64,000 nucleotides of DNA from Candidatus Limnocylindrales bacterium (GTDB lineage: Bacteria > Chloroflexota > Limnocylindria > Limnocylindrales > CSP1-4), in the NCBI GenBank assembly GCA_036504355.1, contig DASXVG010000141.1, positions 5,650 through 69,649 on the forward strand, written 5' to 3'. How positions within the stretch are numbered: position 1 is the first letter of the stretch; each line of letters opens with the position of its first letter. The notes under the pieces were generated by a model. The model was not told where the DNA came from and made no database searches. It saw only the letters and a list, made by a program, of their open reading frames with translations. Shown piece after piece: positions 8,454 through 18,364 of this stretch. Made by a program: the position numbers and the translations under genes.

Positions 8454-9692
8454 TCAGATCCGTTCGAACGCCATCGCGACCGAGCCGCCGCCGCCCAGGC
8501 ACAGCGTCGCGAGCCCGTACCGGCCGTTGCGACGCGCCAGCTCATGGAGCAGGGTCGCGACGATCCGCGCGCCGCTCGCCCCGATGGGGTGGCCGAGCGC
8601 GATCGCGCCGCCGTTGACGTTGACCTTCAACCAGTCGAAGCCCAGCTCGCGGCCGTCGGCGAGCGTCTGCGCCGCAAACGCCTCGTTGATCTCGATGAGG
8701 TCGAACGCGTCCGGCGAGAGCCCCGTCTTCGCCTCGAGGTTTCGGACACCGGTCACCGGCGCGAGGAACAGCCACCGGGGCGCCACCTCCGCCTGCGCGT
8801 ACCCGACGATCCGGGCCATCGGCGTCAGCCCGTACCGCTCCACGGCGCGCTCCGACACGACGACCGTGGCAGCCGCCCCATCGGTGATGCCCGGCGCGTT
8901 CCCCGCGGTGACGGTCCCGACCGTCGCGTCGCCCCGGTCCGCTCCATCCGGGAGCGGGAACACCGGCGCCAGCCGCGCCAGCGCCTCGATGGTCGTGTCG
9001 CGGCGCGGGCTCTCGTCGACGCTGACCACCGTCTCGCGGCCCTTCGAGTCGCGGATCGTGACCGGCGCCATTTCGGCGTCGAAGCGGCCGCCGTCAGTGG
9101 CGTCGACCGCCCGACGGTGGCTCTCGTACGCCAACGCGTCCTGGTCCTCGCGCGACACGTGGTCATGGATGGCGACGCGCTCGGCGTGGGTGCCCATGTG
9201 ACACCCCTCGATCGCGCACCACAGGCCGTCGAGCACCGCGCTGTCCTCCAGCGTTCCGTTGCCCAGGCGGTAGCCGAAGCGCGCCTTGCGCAGCAGGAAC
9301 GGCGCGTTGTTCATCGACTCCATGCCGCCCGCGACGTAGACCTCGCCGTCGCCGGCACGGATCGACGCCGCGGAGAACATGATCGCCTTGAGCCCCGAGC
9401 CGCAGACACGGTTGATGGTCGTGGCCGAGGTCGTGTCGGCCAGGCCCGCGCCCAGGAGCGCCTGGCGCGCCGGGGCCTGCCCCGCGCCGCCCTGCAGGAC
9501 CTGGCCCATGATGACCTCGTCGACCGGGGCGTCGGACGGGAGGCCGGATCGCTCGACGGCCGCCCGGATCGCGATTGCGCCGAGCTCGGTCGCCGCGACG
9601 GACGCCAGCGCGCCGCCGAACTTGCCGATGGGCGTCCGCGCCGCGCTGACGAGGTAGACGTTGCCGTTGGGTCCGGGTGCCTGCTGCTCCAT
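8454..9692 (-). CDS. Acetyl-CoA C-acyltransferase (thiolase)
   Basis: ARTPIGKFGG, NRVCGSG, GGMESM, EINEAFA, GHPIGASG, CLGGG. Confidence 0.96.
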   Translation of the reverse strand: MEQQAPGPNGNVYLVSAARTPIGKFGGALASVAATELGAIAIRAAVERSGLPSDAPVDEVIMGQVLQGGAGQAPARQALLGAGLADTTSATTINRVCGSGLKAIMFSAASIRAGDGEVYVAGGMESMNNAPFLLRKARFGYRLGNGTLEDSAVLDGLWCAIEGCHMGTHAERVAIHDHVSREDQDALAYESHRRAVDATDGGRFDAEMAPVTIRDSKGRETVVSVDESPRRDTTIEALARLAPVFPLPDGADRGDATVGTVTAGNAPGITDGAAATVVVSERAVERYGLTPMARIVGYAQAEVAPRWLFLAPVTGVRNLEAKTGLSPDAFDLIEINEAFAAQTLADGRELGFDWLKVNVNGGAIALGHPIGASGARIVATLLHELARRNGRYGLATLCLGGGGSVAMAFERI

Positions 9693-9713
9693 CGCCCGAA
9701 TGTACACCCCGCC

Positions 9714-10574
9714 TCAGCGCGGGTAGGCGTGGAACCCCTTGCCCGTCTTCTGGCCAAGGTTGCCGGCCTCCACGAGGTCCACGAGCACACGCGGCGGCGC
9801 GAACTGCGGCTCGCCGATCCCGTCCTCGAGCACGCGCATGATCCCGAGGCACACGTCGAGCCCGATGAAGTCCGCGAGCTCGAGCGGCCCCATCGGGTGG
9901 TTGAGCCCGACCTTTGCGCCCGTGTCGATGTCCTCGGCGGTCCCGAGCCCCTCCTGGTACGCCCGCATCGCCTCGGCCAGGAACGGCATCAGGATCCGGT
10001 TGACGATGAACCCGGGCCGGTCTGCGGAGACGATGACCTGCTTGCCGAGCTGCGCCGCGAGGCCGCGGATCTGCGCCTCGGTGGCGTCGGTCGTCGCCGT
10101 CCCGCGGATGAGCTCGATGAGCGGCATCACGGGGACCGGGCTGAAGAAGTGCATGCCGACGAACCGACCGCGCCGGCCCTCGCCCACCGCGGCCGCGAGC
10201 GTGTCGATGGCGATGGACGACGTGTTCGAGGCGAAGACCGCGTCGGCCGGCGCGATCCCGTCGAGCGCGGTCCACAGCCGGGTCTTGACGTCCACGTCCT
10301 CGAACACGGCCTCCACGACGAGGTCCGCGTCCGCGGCGTCGTCCAGGTCGGCCGTGCCCGTGAGCCGTGCCAGGATTGCCTCCCGCTCTCCGGCGGTCAC
10401 CTTCCCCTTCGCGACGGCGCGCTCCAGGTTGCCCGCGATCCGCGCGATGCCGGCCTCGGCACGCGCGAGGTCGGGCTCGTAGACCACGACCTCCTTGCCG
10501 ATGGCCGCGTGGACCTGGGCGATCCCGTGGCCCATGAGGCCGGCGCCCGCGACGAAGACGCGCTCGATGCTCAC
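9714..10574 (-). CDS. 3-hydroxybutyryl-CoA dehydrogenase
   Basis: GAGLMGHGIA, VEAVFE, SNTSS, GMHFFSPVP, PGFIVNR, HPMGP. Confidence 0.95.
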   Translation of the reverse strand: MSIERVFVAGAGLMGHGIAQVHAAIGKEVVVYEPDLARAEAGIARIAGNLERAVAKGKVTAGEREAILARLTGTADLDDAADADLVVEAVFEDVDVKTRLWTALDGIAPADAVFASNTSSIAIDTLAAAVGEGRRGRFVGMHFFSPVPVMPLIELIRGTATTDATEAQIRGLAAQLGKQVIVSADRPGFIVNRILMPFLAEAMRAYQEGLGTAEDIDTGAKVGLNHPMGPLELADFIGLDVCLGIMRVLEDGIGEPQFAPPRVLVDLVEAGNLGQKTGKGFHAYPR

Positions 10575-11566
10575 GGCTGCTCCTCCCGAAGGGCGGCCAG
10601 CAACCGGTCCGCGGCCGCGTACGGATCATCCTCGTGGGCCGCGACCGCGTCGATCGTGCCCGCGGTCGCCACGTCGAGTGGCGGGGTCGTCAGTCTGGCC
10701 CACAGCCGCTCCACCAGCACGGCTCGTAGCTGGGCGGCCGCTCGTGCCCGACGGGCCTCGCGGGTCGCGCCTTCCACGCCGGCGGCGCGGTGCCGGTCGA
10801 GTGCCGCAAGGAGCTCCGGGATCCCCTCCCCGGTCAGCGCCGTCGTGACGAGGACGTCGGGGCGCTTCGGGGCAGGCCGGTCGGGGTCGCGGTCCTTGCG
10901 CGCAACCGAGGGCACGAGCATCGCCCGCAGCTGGGCCGCGGTCCGCTGGGCCCCGGGCCGGTCGCCCTTGTTGACCACCACGAGGTCAGCCACCTCGAGC
11001 AGCCCGGCCTTGATCGCCTGGACCTCGTCCCCCATCTCGGGCGCCTCGAGGACGACGGTCGTGTCGGCGGCGGCGGCGACCTCGACCTCGCTCTGTCCCG
11101 TGCCCACGGTCTCGAGCAGCACGACGTCGAAGCCCGCGGCGTCGAGGACCGTGGCCGCGGACGTGGACGTGGCCGCGAGGCCGCCGGCATGGCCGCGCGA
11201 CGCCATCGACCGGATGAACACGCCGTCGTCGCTCGCGTACGACTGCATCCGGACCCGGTCACCCAGGAGCGCCCCGCCGGTGATCGGCGACGACGGGTCC
11301 ACGGCGACGACCGCGACGGTCCGTCCCGCGGCCCGCAGCTCCGCGATGAGCGCCGCCACGAGCGTGGACTTGCCCGCGCCCGGCGGCCCCGTGATCCCGA
11401 CCAGGTGGGCGGCCCCGGCGAGCGGATGGATCCGCCGCAGCGCGTGCTCGGCGACGGGGGTGTGGTTCTCGACGGCGGTCAGCAGCCGGGCAAGCGCGCG
11501 ACGGTCCCCGGACCGGGCGGCATCGCAGAGGGCGGCGGCCCGCTCGGCGGGCGTCTGGTCGGCCAT
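10571..11566 (-). CDS. meaB: Acyl-CoA mutase-associated GTPase/chaperone MeaB
   Basis: GITGPPGAGKST, AVDPSSP..GGALLGDRVRM, ETVGTGQSE, QAIKAG, NKGD. Confidence 0.95.
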   Translation of the reverse strand: MADQTPAERAAALCDAARSGDRRALARLLTAVENHTPVAEHALRRIHPLAGAAHLVGITGPPGAGKSTLVAALIAELRAAGRTVAVVAVDPSSPITGGALLGDRVRMQSYASDDGVFIRSMASRGHAGGLAATSTSAATVLDAAGFDVVLLETVGTGQSEVEVAAAADTTVVLEAPEMGDEVQAIKAGLLEVADLVVVNKGDRPGAQRTAAQLRAMLVPSVARKDRDPDRPAPKRPDVLVTTALTGEGIPELLAALDRHRAAGVEGATREARRARAAAQLRAVLVERLWARLTTPPLDVATAGTIDAVAAHEDDPYAAADRLLAALREEQP

Positions 11567-11573
11567 CCGGCCG

Positions 11574-11978
11574 CTACTCGCGCGGCGTCGCGTTGGCGCG
11601 GATGAAGTCGGCGACCTCGCGGATCGTCGTCCCGGGCCCGAACACGGCGGCGACCCCCGCCTCCTGGAGCGGCGCGATGTCGTCGTCCGGGATGATTCCG
11701 CCGACCGTCACGAGGACGTCGTCCAGGCCGCGTTCGCGGAGCTGGGCGCAGACGCGCGGCACGAGCGTCATGTGGGCGCCCGACAGGATCGACAGGCCCA
11801 CGACGTCCACGTCCTCCTGGAGCGCCGCGGTCACGATCATCTCGGGGGTCTGGCGGAGACCCGTGTAGACGACCTCGAAGCCTTCGTCCCGCAGGCCGCG
11901 TGCGAGGACCTTCGCCCCGCGGTCGTGGCCATCGAGGCCGGGCTTCGCGATCAGCACCTTGAGCGGTCGATCGGTCAT
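11574..11978 (-). CDS. Cobalamin-binding small subunit of acyl-CoA mutase (IcmB/MutB-C-like)
   Basis: [13 protein letters not shown] (DxHxxG), [19 protein letters not shown]. Confidence 0.95.
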   Translation of the reverse strand: MTDRPLKVLIAKPGLDGHDRGAKVLARGLRDEGFEVVYTGLRQTPEMIVTAALQEDVDVVGLSILSGAHMTLVPRVCAQLRERGLDDVLVTVGGIIPDDDIAPLQEAGVAAVFGPGTTIREVADFIRANATPRE

Positions 11979-12007
11979 GGCGGGATTGTAGGCCGCGGGG
12001 CGGCGCG

Positions 12008-12745
12008 TCAGGCGCCGGGGCCGGGGCGGCCGATGTGGGCGAAGAACTCCGCGCGGGTCTTGTCGTTGCGCCGGAACAGGCCGAGGACGGCGGCGGTGGT
12101 CATCGTGGTGCCGGGCTTGCGGATGCCGCGCATCGCGGCACACAGGTGCGTGGCATCGAGCACGACACCCACGCCGCGCGGCTCGAGCCGCTCCATGAGG
12201 AAGTCCGCCACCTGCTGCGTCATCCGCTCCTGGACCTGGAGCCGGCGCGCATACATCTCCACGACGCGCGGGATCTTCGACAGCCCGATGACGCGCCCGT
12301 TGGGCACGTAGGCGACGTGCGCGGCCCCGAAGAACGGCAGCAGGTGGTGCTCGCACAGCGAGTAGAACGGGATGTCCTTCACGACGACCATCTCGCTGTA
12401 GTCGACGTCGAAGATGGCCTTGTTGATGAGCCGCTCCGGGTCCACGTGGTAGCCGGCGGTCAGCTCGTGGTACATCCGGTGCACGCGCGCCGGCGTCGCC
12501 GCCAGTCCCTCGCGGGCCGGGTCCTCGCCGATCTCCGTGAGGATCTGGCGCACGGCCTCCTCGATCCCGCCCGTGGCCGGCGTCCGGCCGCGCCTGGACA
12601 GGCGAGCCGGGGACGCGATCTCGGCCGCGCTCGTGACGACGCCCTCGTAGCCGTCGTCGCCGATCTCGTTCTCGATCTCGTCGACGATCCGCCGGACGTC
12701 CTCCGGGAGGTCGCGTGTCTTCGGCTCGTCGGGACGGTCGCTCAT
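12008..12745 (-). CDS. folE: GTP cyclohydrolase I
   Basis: [43 protein letters not shown]. Confidence 0.96.
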   Translation of the reverse strand: MSDRPDEPKTRDLPEDVRRIVDEIENEIGDDGYEGVVTSAAEIASPARLSRRGRTPATGGIEEAVRQILTEIGEDPAREGLAATPARVHRMYHELTAGYHVDPERLINKAIFDVDYSEMVVVKDIPFYSLCEHHLLPFFGAAHVAYVPNGRVIGLSKIPRVVEMYARRLQVQERMTQQVADFLMERLEPRGVGVVLDATHLCAAMRGIRKPGTTMTTAAVLGLFRRNDKTRAEFFAHIGRPGPGA

Positions 12746-12769
12746 GGCGGTCGATGGTAGCGCGGGCAC

Positions 12770-13846
12770 TCAATCCACCCGCGAGGACGGGGAGCGGCGT
12801 CCCGCCGCACCGCGGAGCCACGCGCGGGCGTTCTCGCCGATGTCGCCCACGTGGTAGCCACCCTCCTGGAGGATCACGAGCCGCTTGCCGAGGGCGGCCG
12901 TCCGGCGCCCGCACTCGTGGTAGACGGGTGTGGTGAGCGCGAAGTCGCCGATCGGGTCCTTGCCGTAGGTGTCGAAGCCGAGCGAGACCACGACGACGTC
13001 CCCGGCCTCCTCCGCGATCCGCGCGAGCCCGCGGTCGAGCGCCTCGAGGTACGCCTCGTCGTCGGTCCCGGCCGGCAGCGGGATGTTCAGGTTCGCGCCG
13101 GCGCCCGCACCCTCGCCCGTCTCGTCCTCCCGGCCGAGCACGTACGGGTACTGCCGGTCCGGATGCGCGTGGAGGCTGACGTAGAGCACGTCGCCCCGAC
13201 GCCAGAAGATCTGCTCGGTGCCGTTGCCGTGATGGAAGTCGACGTCGAGGATCGAGACGCGCTCGCCGGTCCGACGCACGATCGCCTCGGCGGCGATGGC
13301 GGCGTTGTTGAAGTAGCAGAACCCGCCGTACATCGCTCGGGCCGCGTGGTGGCCGGGCGGGCGGCACAGGCCATACGCGGCCCGTTCCCCGCCAAGGACC
13401 AGGTCGACCGTGGTGAGGGCCACGTCCACGGCTGCTCGCGCCGCCGCGTACGTCCCCTCGAGGATGTACGTGGACGTGTCCAGCGCCCAGTAGCCCGCCC
13501 GCCCGTCGATCTTCGTCGCCTCGCGGCGGGCGCCGGCGGGCATGCCCTCGGTCGCCGCCGCGTTGGTGATCGTCTCGGGCGCCAGGAAGTCGTACGGGTG
13601 GCCCTGGCGGATGGCCTCGTTCCACGCCTCCTCGAGGAAGCGCAGGAGGCCCGGGTCGTGGACCGCGGTGATCGGCTCGGGGCCATGGGTCGCGGGCACG
13701 ACCGCCTCGAATCCGCCGTCGGCCAGGAGCGTCGCCCGGATGACCTCGGCGCGCTCAGCGACCTCGTTCGCCGCGACCTGGACGCCGAGGATCGTCTGGG
13801 TCCTGATGTCGTGGCCGAGGTGGAGCGGCGAGTAGACGAAGCGCAT
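12770..13846 (-). CDS. HDAC-family amidohydrolase (acetylpolyamine amidohydrolase-like)
   Basis: [38 protein letters not shown]. Confidence 0.93.
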   Translation of the reverse strand: MRFVYSPLHLGHDIRTQTILGVQVAANEVAERAEVIRATLLADGGFEAVVPATHGPEPITAVHDPGLLRFLEEAWNEAIRQGHPYDFLAPETITNAAATEGMPAGARREATKIDGRAGYWALDTSTYILEGTYAAARAAVDVALTTVDLVLGGERAAYGLCRPPGHHAARAMYGGFCYFNNAAIAAEAIVRRTGERVSILDVDFHHGNGTEQIFWRRGDVLYVSLHAHPDRQYPYVLGREDETGEGAGAGANLNIPLPAGTDDEAYLEALDRGLARIAEEAGDVVVVSLGFDTYGKDPIGDFALTTPVYHECGRRTAALGKRLVILQEGGYHVGDIGENARAWLRGAAGRRSPSSRVD

Positions 13847-13903
13847 GGGTCTCCCCGGGTGGCATCGGTTGGGCTCGATGCTAGCGAGCGCGCGCGAGGC
13901 GCG

Positions 13904-14878
13904 TCAGCCGGCTCCGAGGATGGCCGCGGTCACGTCCGCGGGGCGGTAGCGCATGAGGTTGTGGGCGATGCCCGCAAAGCCCGTGATCCGGATCGGCGAG
14001 CGTCCCGCGGCCGCCCGGGCCGTCGCGGTCCGGCGCAGCTCGGCCAGCCGCGCGTCCGGGTCGCCCGCGCCCAGCGCGACGAGCACGGCAACCGGCGCCT
14101 CGACGGCCGCGAGGCCCAGGGCCGGGTCCCACCCGAACATCTCGCGGACGATCGACTCCACGACATGCGGGCGGACCGCACGGACCACGTGGCCCGCGGC
14201 CGTCTCGACGACGGCGTCGCGTGCCGCGCGCTCCTGGTCCGCGTCCCAGGTGGCGGGGTCGAAGCCGCGCCGGTCCGCGAGGTAGGCGTCGATGGTGCGC
14301 AGGACCTCGGGCGGCTCGTCGAGGCCGCGCAGGAACTCCTCGACATCGGTGTCCGTGGTGACCTCGAGGCGCTCCCAGCCGCCGTCGGCGAGCACGATGC
14401 CGGCGCACCGCTCGCCGAGTGCCACGCCCGTCGCCGTCGCCACGATCCCGCCGAACCCGTGCCCCGCGACGACGATCGGGCCGCTGGCGAGCAGCCCGGA
14501 CCCCTCCGCTACGGCGACGGCGTCACCCGCGAGCGTGGCCGGATCGTAGCTGGTCATCGGCGCGTCGGACAGCCCCTGCCCGCGGAGGTCGGCGACGACG
14601 ACCCGTGAGACCGCCGCGAGGCGCCGCGCCACGGGCGCCCATGACCACGCGGGCTGGAGGAGGCCCGGGAGCAGGAGCACGCCCGGCCTGGCGGGGCTGG
14701 CAGCAGGGCGCGCGCCCCACCCCTCGCCGGACGGTCCGCGCCAGTCCAGGAAGTGGAGCCTGGATCCATCGTCCGCGGCGACGACGAAGCCGTCGGGCAC
14801 GCGCGTGGTGTCGGGCGGCGGTGCGAGCGCGACGTCGGGCGCCCATGGCTCGAGCGCGGCAGCCGGATCGGGGGGCAT
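13904..14878 (-). CDS. Alpha/beta hydrolase fold protein
   Basis: LLLPGL, DLRGQGLSD and GHGFGG at the nucleophile elbow (no Ser). Confidence 0.8.
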   Translation of the reverse strand: MPPDPAAALEPWAPDVALAPPPDTTRVPDGFVVAADDGSRLHFLDWRGPSGEGWGARPAASPARPGVLLLPGLLQPAWSWAPVARRLAAVSRVVVADLRGQGLSDAPMTSYDPATLAGDAVAVAEGSGLLASGPIVVAGHGFGGIVATATGVALGERCAGIVLADGGWERLEVTTDTDVEEFLRGLDEPPEVLRTIDAYLADRRGFDPATWDADQERAARDAVVETAAGHVVRAVRPHVVESIVREMFGWDPALGLAAVEAPVAVLVALGAGDPDARLAELRRTATARAAAGRSPIRITGFAGIAHNLMRYRPADVTAAILGAG

Positions 14879-14899
14879 CGCGGCTAGGATACGGGCGCC

Positions 14900-15316
14900 A
14901 TGGTCAAGCGCCGCCGCGGGTCCCGGTTCGCCGATCGGCGTCCGCGCGTCCGGCACGAGCGGTTCGACGTCCTCGTGGACCGTGCCGTCGCCGCCATCCC
15001 GCAGCCGTTCCGGGCGGCCCTCGACGAGATCGCCGTGGTCATCGCCGACGAGCCGGACGCGGACCAGCGGCGCGACAACGGCCTCGGCCCGGACGAGACC
15101 CTTTACGGCCTGTACGAGGGTGTCCCGCTCGACGAGTGGGGCGGCGACTGGCTCCCCGTCCCGACACGGATCGTCCTGTTCCGGCTGCCGCTCGAGGACG
15201 ACTTCCCCGACCCCCACGACCTCGCGGACGAGGTGCGTATCACGATCCTCCACGAGCTCGCCCACCACCTGGGGATCGAGGACGAGGAGCGGCTCCACCA
15301 GCTCGGCATCGACTGA
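14900..15316 (+). CDS. Minimal zincin metallopeptidase (Zincin_1-like)
   Basis: LYGLYEGVPL, RIVLFRLPL, ILHELAHHLG. Confidence 0.9.
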   Translation: MVKRRRGSRFADRRPRVRHERFDVLVDRAVAAIPQPFRAALDEIAVVIADEPDADQRRDNGLGPDETLYGLYEGVPLDEWGGDWLPVPTRIVLFRLPLEDDFPDPHDLADEVRITILHELAHHLGIEDEERLHQLGID

Positions 15317-15335
15317 CGACCCCGACGTCCGGCGA

Positions 15336-16475
15336 TCAGCGCAGCTGCCAGAGCGCCACGACGAGCAGGATCAGCGCCAGCGCCGCACCCGCCCCCAGTC
15401 CCGGCGTGAACCAGGGACTCCAGATCGTCGAGCCCTGCGCCGGCGCCTCGCGTCCCACCTGGAGTCCGTGGGTGTAGTGCGTGAGCGCCTCGAAGGCGTA
15501 GACGGCCGGGGCAGCGGTGATCGCCTCCACGACGAACAGCAGCGTTCCGAACGCGAACACGAGCGCCGCCACGAGGGGGATGACGAGCGCAGGCGGGAAC
15601 GACTCGGCGATCCCGGTCCCGTCGACGACCCTGACGACCACGTCGCCGCCGATGGACACGCCGAACAGGACGATGAACTGGGACAGGATGCCGAACAGCG
15701 CGACGACGACGGCCAGCCGCTTGCGCGCCCGGGCGAGCCGGACCGAGCGCTGGATCGACTCGAACACGCCCACCTCGCCCAGCACGATCCCCGCGGCGAC
15801 GTACGCGAACGGGGCGCTCACGAGCGTCCCCATGACGAGCGAGACGCCGAAGTTGATCGCCTCCCGGTTGCCGAACGCGACCACGAACGGCAGCTGGACC
15901 AGGGTCGAGAGGAGCGCGGCGACGAGCCCGACGAGGAACGTCGCGCCGAACACCCGCCAGAATCGTCGACGCGCCACGGCGATCGACTGCCGCAGCCGGA
16001 GCGGCCGGCCCTCGGCGCGCCCGCCGATGACGACCACCGCGAGCGTCCGCGCCTCCGTGCTCGCGACCAGGTATCCCAGGAACGCGATGCACCCCGCGAG
16101 GAGGATCGGCGCGCCGAGACCCGAGTCGACCGCGGTGTCGAACATCGGCTCCGCCAGCGTCGCGCCCACGCCCACGAGCATCAGCACCGGCGACACGGTC
16201 ACGAGCAGGATCAGCCCGATGTAGAAGCTCGCGGAGCGAAGGCCCGCGTCCGGGCGGGTGAGCAGGTCGAGTACCTGGGCAACGAGCTCCCGGGTGCCGA
16301 GCGGGATGGTTCGAACCGCATCGCTCACGACCAACGGGGCGGCGCCGGCTGATGCAAGCGGCACGAGCCCGGGCGGGAGCATCGGCCCCACGAACGCACC
16401 GTCGTACACGAGGCGCGGCGGGCCGGCGGGCGGCCCGGGTGGATCGGGTGGGATGCCGGCCTCGCCGTCGGTCAT
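15336..16475 (-). CDS. Multi-pass hypothetical membrane protein
   Basis: About 7 hydrophobic segments; ATG overlaps the dehydratase stop. Confidence 0.75.
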   Translation of the reverse strand: MTDGEAGIPPDPPGPPAGPPRLVYDGAFVGPMLPPGLVPLASAGAAPLVVSDAVRTIPLGTRELVAQVLDLLTRPDAGLRSASFYIGLILLVTVSPVLMLVGVGATLAEPMFDTAVDSGLGAPILLAGCIAFLGYLVASTEARTLAVVVIGGRAEGRPLRLRQSIAVARRRFWRVFGATFLVGLVAALLSTLVQLPFVVAFGNREAINFGVSLVMGTLVSAPFAYVAAGIVLGEVGVFESIQRSVRLARARKRLAVVVALFGILSQFIVLFGVSIGGDVVVRVVDGTGIAESFPPALVIPLVAALVFAFGTLLFVVEAITAAPAVYAFEALTHYTHGLQVGREAPAQGSTIWSPWFTPGLGAGAALALILLVVALWQLR

Positions 16476-17500
16476 GCCGCGCCGGCCGCCTCCCCGGGGA
16501 TCGGCCGGGCACGTGCCACGAGGTCCGCGAGCCTGTCCGTGGCCACGTTGCCGCCGGACAGGATGACGCACACGCGATCGCCCTCGCGGACCGGGATCTC
16601 GCCCGTGAGCACGGCCGACAGTGCGGCCGCGCCGGCGGGCTCCAGCACCTGCTTCATCCTTTCGAGCGCGAACCGCAGGCCGCCCAGGATGGTCGCATCG
16701 TCGACGAGGACGACCCCGTCGAGATAGCGCTTCGCGACGTCGAGCGCGAGCCGTCCCACCGACGGCGCGCCCAGGCCGTCGGCAACGCTGACCGGGGTGA
16801 CCCGGACCGGCTCGCCCGCCGCGAGGCCCTGCGTCATCGCCTCCGACCCGCGTGGCTCGACGCCGTAGACACGCACGGACGGCCGCGACTCCTTGAGCGC
16901 CACCGTGACCCCGCCGATGAGCCCGCCGCCGCCGACGCCCACGACGACGACGTCCACGTCCGGCAGGTCCTCGAGGATCTCGAGGCCACAGGAGCCGTTC
17001 CCGAGCAGCACCTCCGGCTGGTCGTACGGGTGGACCAGCGTCAGGCCCCGTTCCACGCGGAGCTCCTCGAGCCGCTCGAGGCTCTCGCCCACGTGCGTGC
17101 CGAACAGCACCACCTCGGCGCCGTACTCGCGGCACGCCGCGACCTTCGACGCCACGGCGTCCTCGGGCATCACGACGGTCACGGGCACGTGCGCCTCGCG
17201 GCCCGCCCACGCGTACGCCTGGCCCGCGTTCCCCGCGGAGATCGTGATCGCGCCCCGCGCCCGCTCGTCCGCCGTCAGCGACTGGATCCTCGCCAGGGCC
17301 GCCCGCGGCTTGAACGAGCCGGTCTTCTGCATGTGCTCGCCCTTGAGGAACAGCCGCCCGCCCTTCGGCCGCGCCCCGGTCGCTGCCCGGGTGACGCGCC
17401 CCGCGGTCTCGGACGACAGCATCGGCGTGTGGTGGACGCGGTCGCCGAGCAGGAGCCGTGTCTCGACGATGCGCGCGAGGGTGACGGATCGGTCGCTCAT
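16472..17500 (-). CDS. PLP-dependent threonine/serine dehydratase family protein
   Basis: KGEHMQKTGSFKPR, SAGNAGQA, HPYD, VGGGGL, EPAGAA, ILSGGN. Confidence 0.93.
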   Translation of the reverse strand: MSDRSVTLARIVETRLLLGDRVHHTPMLSSETAGRVTRAATGARPKGGRLFLKGEHMQKTGSFKPRAALARIQSLTADERARGAITISAGNAGQAYAWAGREAHVPVTVVMPEDAVASKVAACREYGAEVVLFGTHVGESLERLEELRVERGLTLVHPYDQPEVLLGNGSCGLEILEDLPDVDVVVVGVGGGGLIGGVTVALKESRPSVRVYGVEPRGSEAMTQGLAAGEPVRVTPVSVADGLGAPSVGRLALDVAKRYLDGVVLVDDATILGGLRFALERMKQVLEPAGAAALSAVLTGEIPVREGDRVCVILSGGNVATDRLADLVARARPIPGEAAGAA

Positions 17501-17529
17501 CGCCCGGAGGATACGCCGCGTCCGGACGG

Positions 17530-17557
17530 CGCAACTTTGACTTGCGTCCTTGCGCAA
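17530..17557. promoter_or_regulatory. Candidate ArsR operator / divergent promoter palindromes
   Basis: CGCAA-N7-TTGCG (17530-17546) followed by TTGCGCAA (17550-17557), with TTGACT embedded. Confidence 0.4.
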
Positions 17558-17577
17558 CCAGTGAGAAACTGGTCCTC

Positions 17578-17874
17578 GTGATCGACATCCGGGCCACGAC
17601 CGAGGACGACCGGCAGCGGTCCGCTGCCGTCGCTCGCGCCCTCGGTGACCCCAAGCGCCTGTGCGTCCTCGAGTCCCTCGCCGGTGGCGAGGCGTCCGTG
17701 GGCGAGCTCGCGGTGCGGGTCGCGTGCCAGGTGCCGAACATGAGCCAGCACCTGTCGGTGCTCCGCTCGGCCGGGCTCGTCACGGCGCGCCGCGACGGCA
17801 GCACGGTCTACTACCGCCTCTCGGATCCGCGCATCCTGGAGGCGTGCCAGCTACTTCAATCGCTCGCCCGCTGA
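17578..17874 (+). CDS. ArsR/SmtB family transcriptional regulator
   Basis: ARALGDPKRL, SVGELA, MSQHLSVLRSAGLV..RRDG..VYYRL. Confidence 0.93.
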   Translation: MIDIRATTEDDRQRSAAVARALGDPKRLCVLESLAGGEASVGELAVRVACQVPNMSQHLSVLRSAGLVTARRDGSTVYYRLSDPRILEACQLLQSLAR

Positions 17875-17920
17875 TCGGGTCGGGAGGTCCTGCCTGGCGG
17901 CAGGAGAAAGGATCTGCCTC

Positions 17921-18262
17921 GTGGCGGAGATCAAGGCAGCAACGGACGACACCTTCGAGGCGCTCGTCCTGAACAACGACAAGCCGGTCGTGGTCGACTT
18001 CTGGGCCGCCTGGTGCGGGCCGTGCAAGATGGTCGCCCCCGAGATGGAGAAGCTGGCCGAGAAGTACGACGGCGTCGTGGACGTCGTGAAGGTCGACGTG
18101 GATGCCAATCCGCGCCTGTCGCAGGCGTTCGGGATCATGAGCATCCCGACGATCGCGTACTTCAAGCCCGGCGCGCAGCCGCAGGGCGTGGTGGGCTTCC
18201 GGCCGCTCGAGCAGCTCGAGACCGCGTTCCAGCTCACGGGCCTCGCGGTGCCGAAGGCCTGA
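17921..18262 (+). CDS. trxA: Thioredoxin
   Basis: VVDFWAAWCGPCK, IMSIPT. Confidence 0.96.
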   Translation: MAEIKAATDDTFEALVLNNDKPVVVDFWAAWCGPCKMVAPEMEKLAEKYDGVVDVVKVDVDANPRLSQAFGIMSIPTIAYFKPGAQPQGVVGFRPLEQLETAFQLTGLAVPKA

Positions 18263-18295
18263 CCGCTCGCCGGGTCCTCCCGGCAGCCGCATCGA

Positions 18296-18320
18296 CGACC
18301 CCGGTCCCCGACCGGGGTCG
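18296..18320. terminator. Hairpin between convergent genes
   Basis: cgaccccggtc-ccc-gaccggggtcg perfect 11-bp stem. Confidence 0.55.
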
Positions 18321-18364
18321 CTCCGTGTCCGGCAGTCCGTGCCGTCGGGGGCTGCGGCCCCGTG

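Noticed and set aside
8316-12311. 1331-aa plus-strand ORF and many other long Arg/Pro/Gly-rich ORFs in the track
   Set aside because: These are antisense or off-frame shadows of clear genes, expected from stop-codon scarcity at very high GC.
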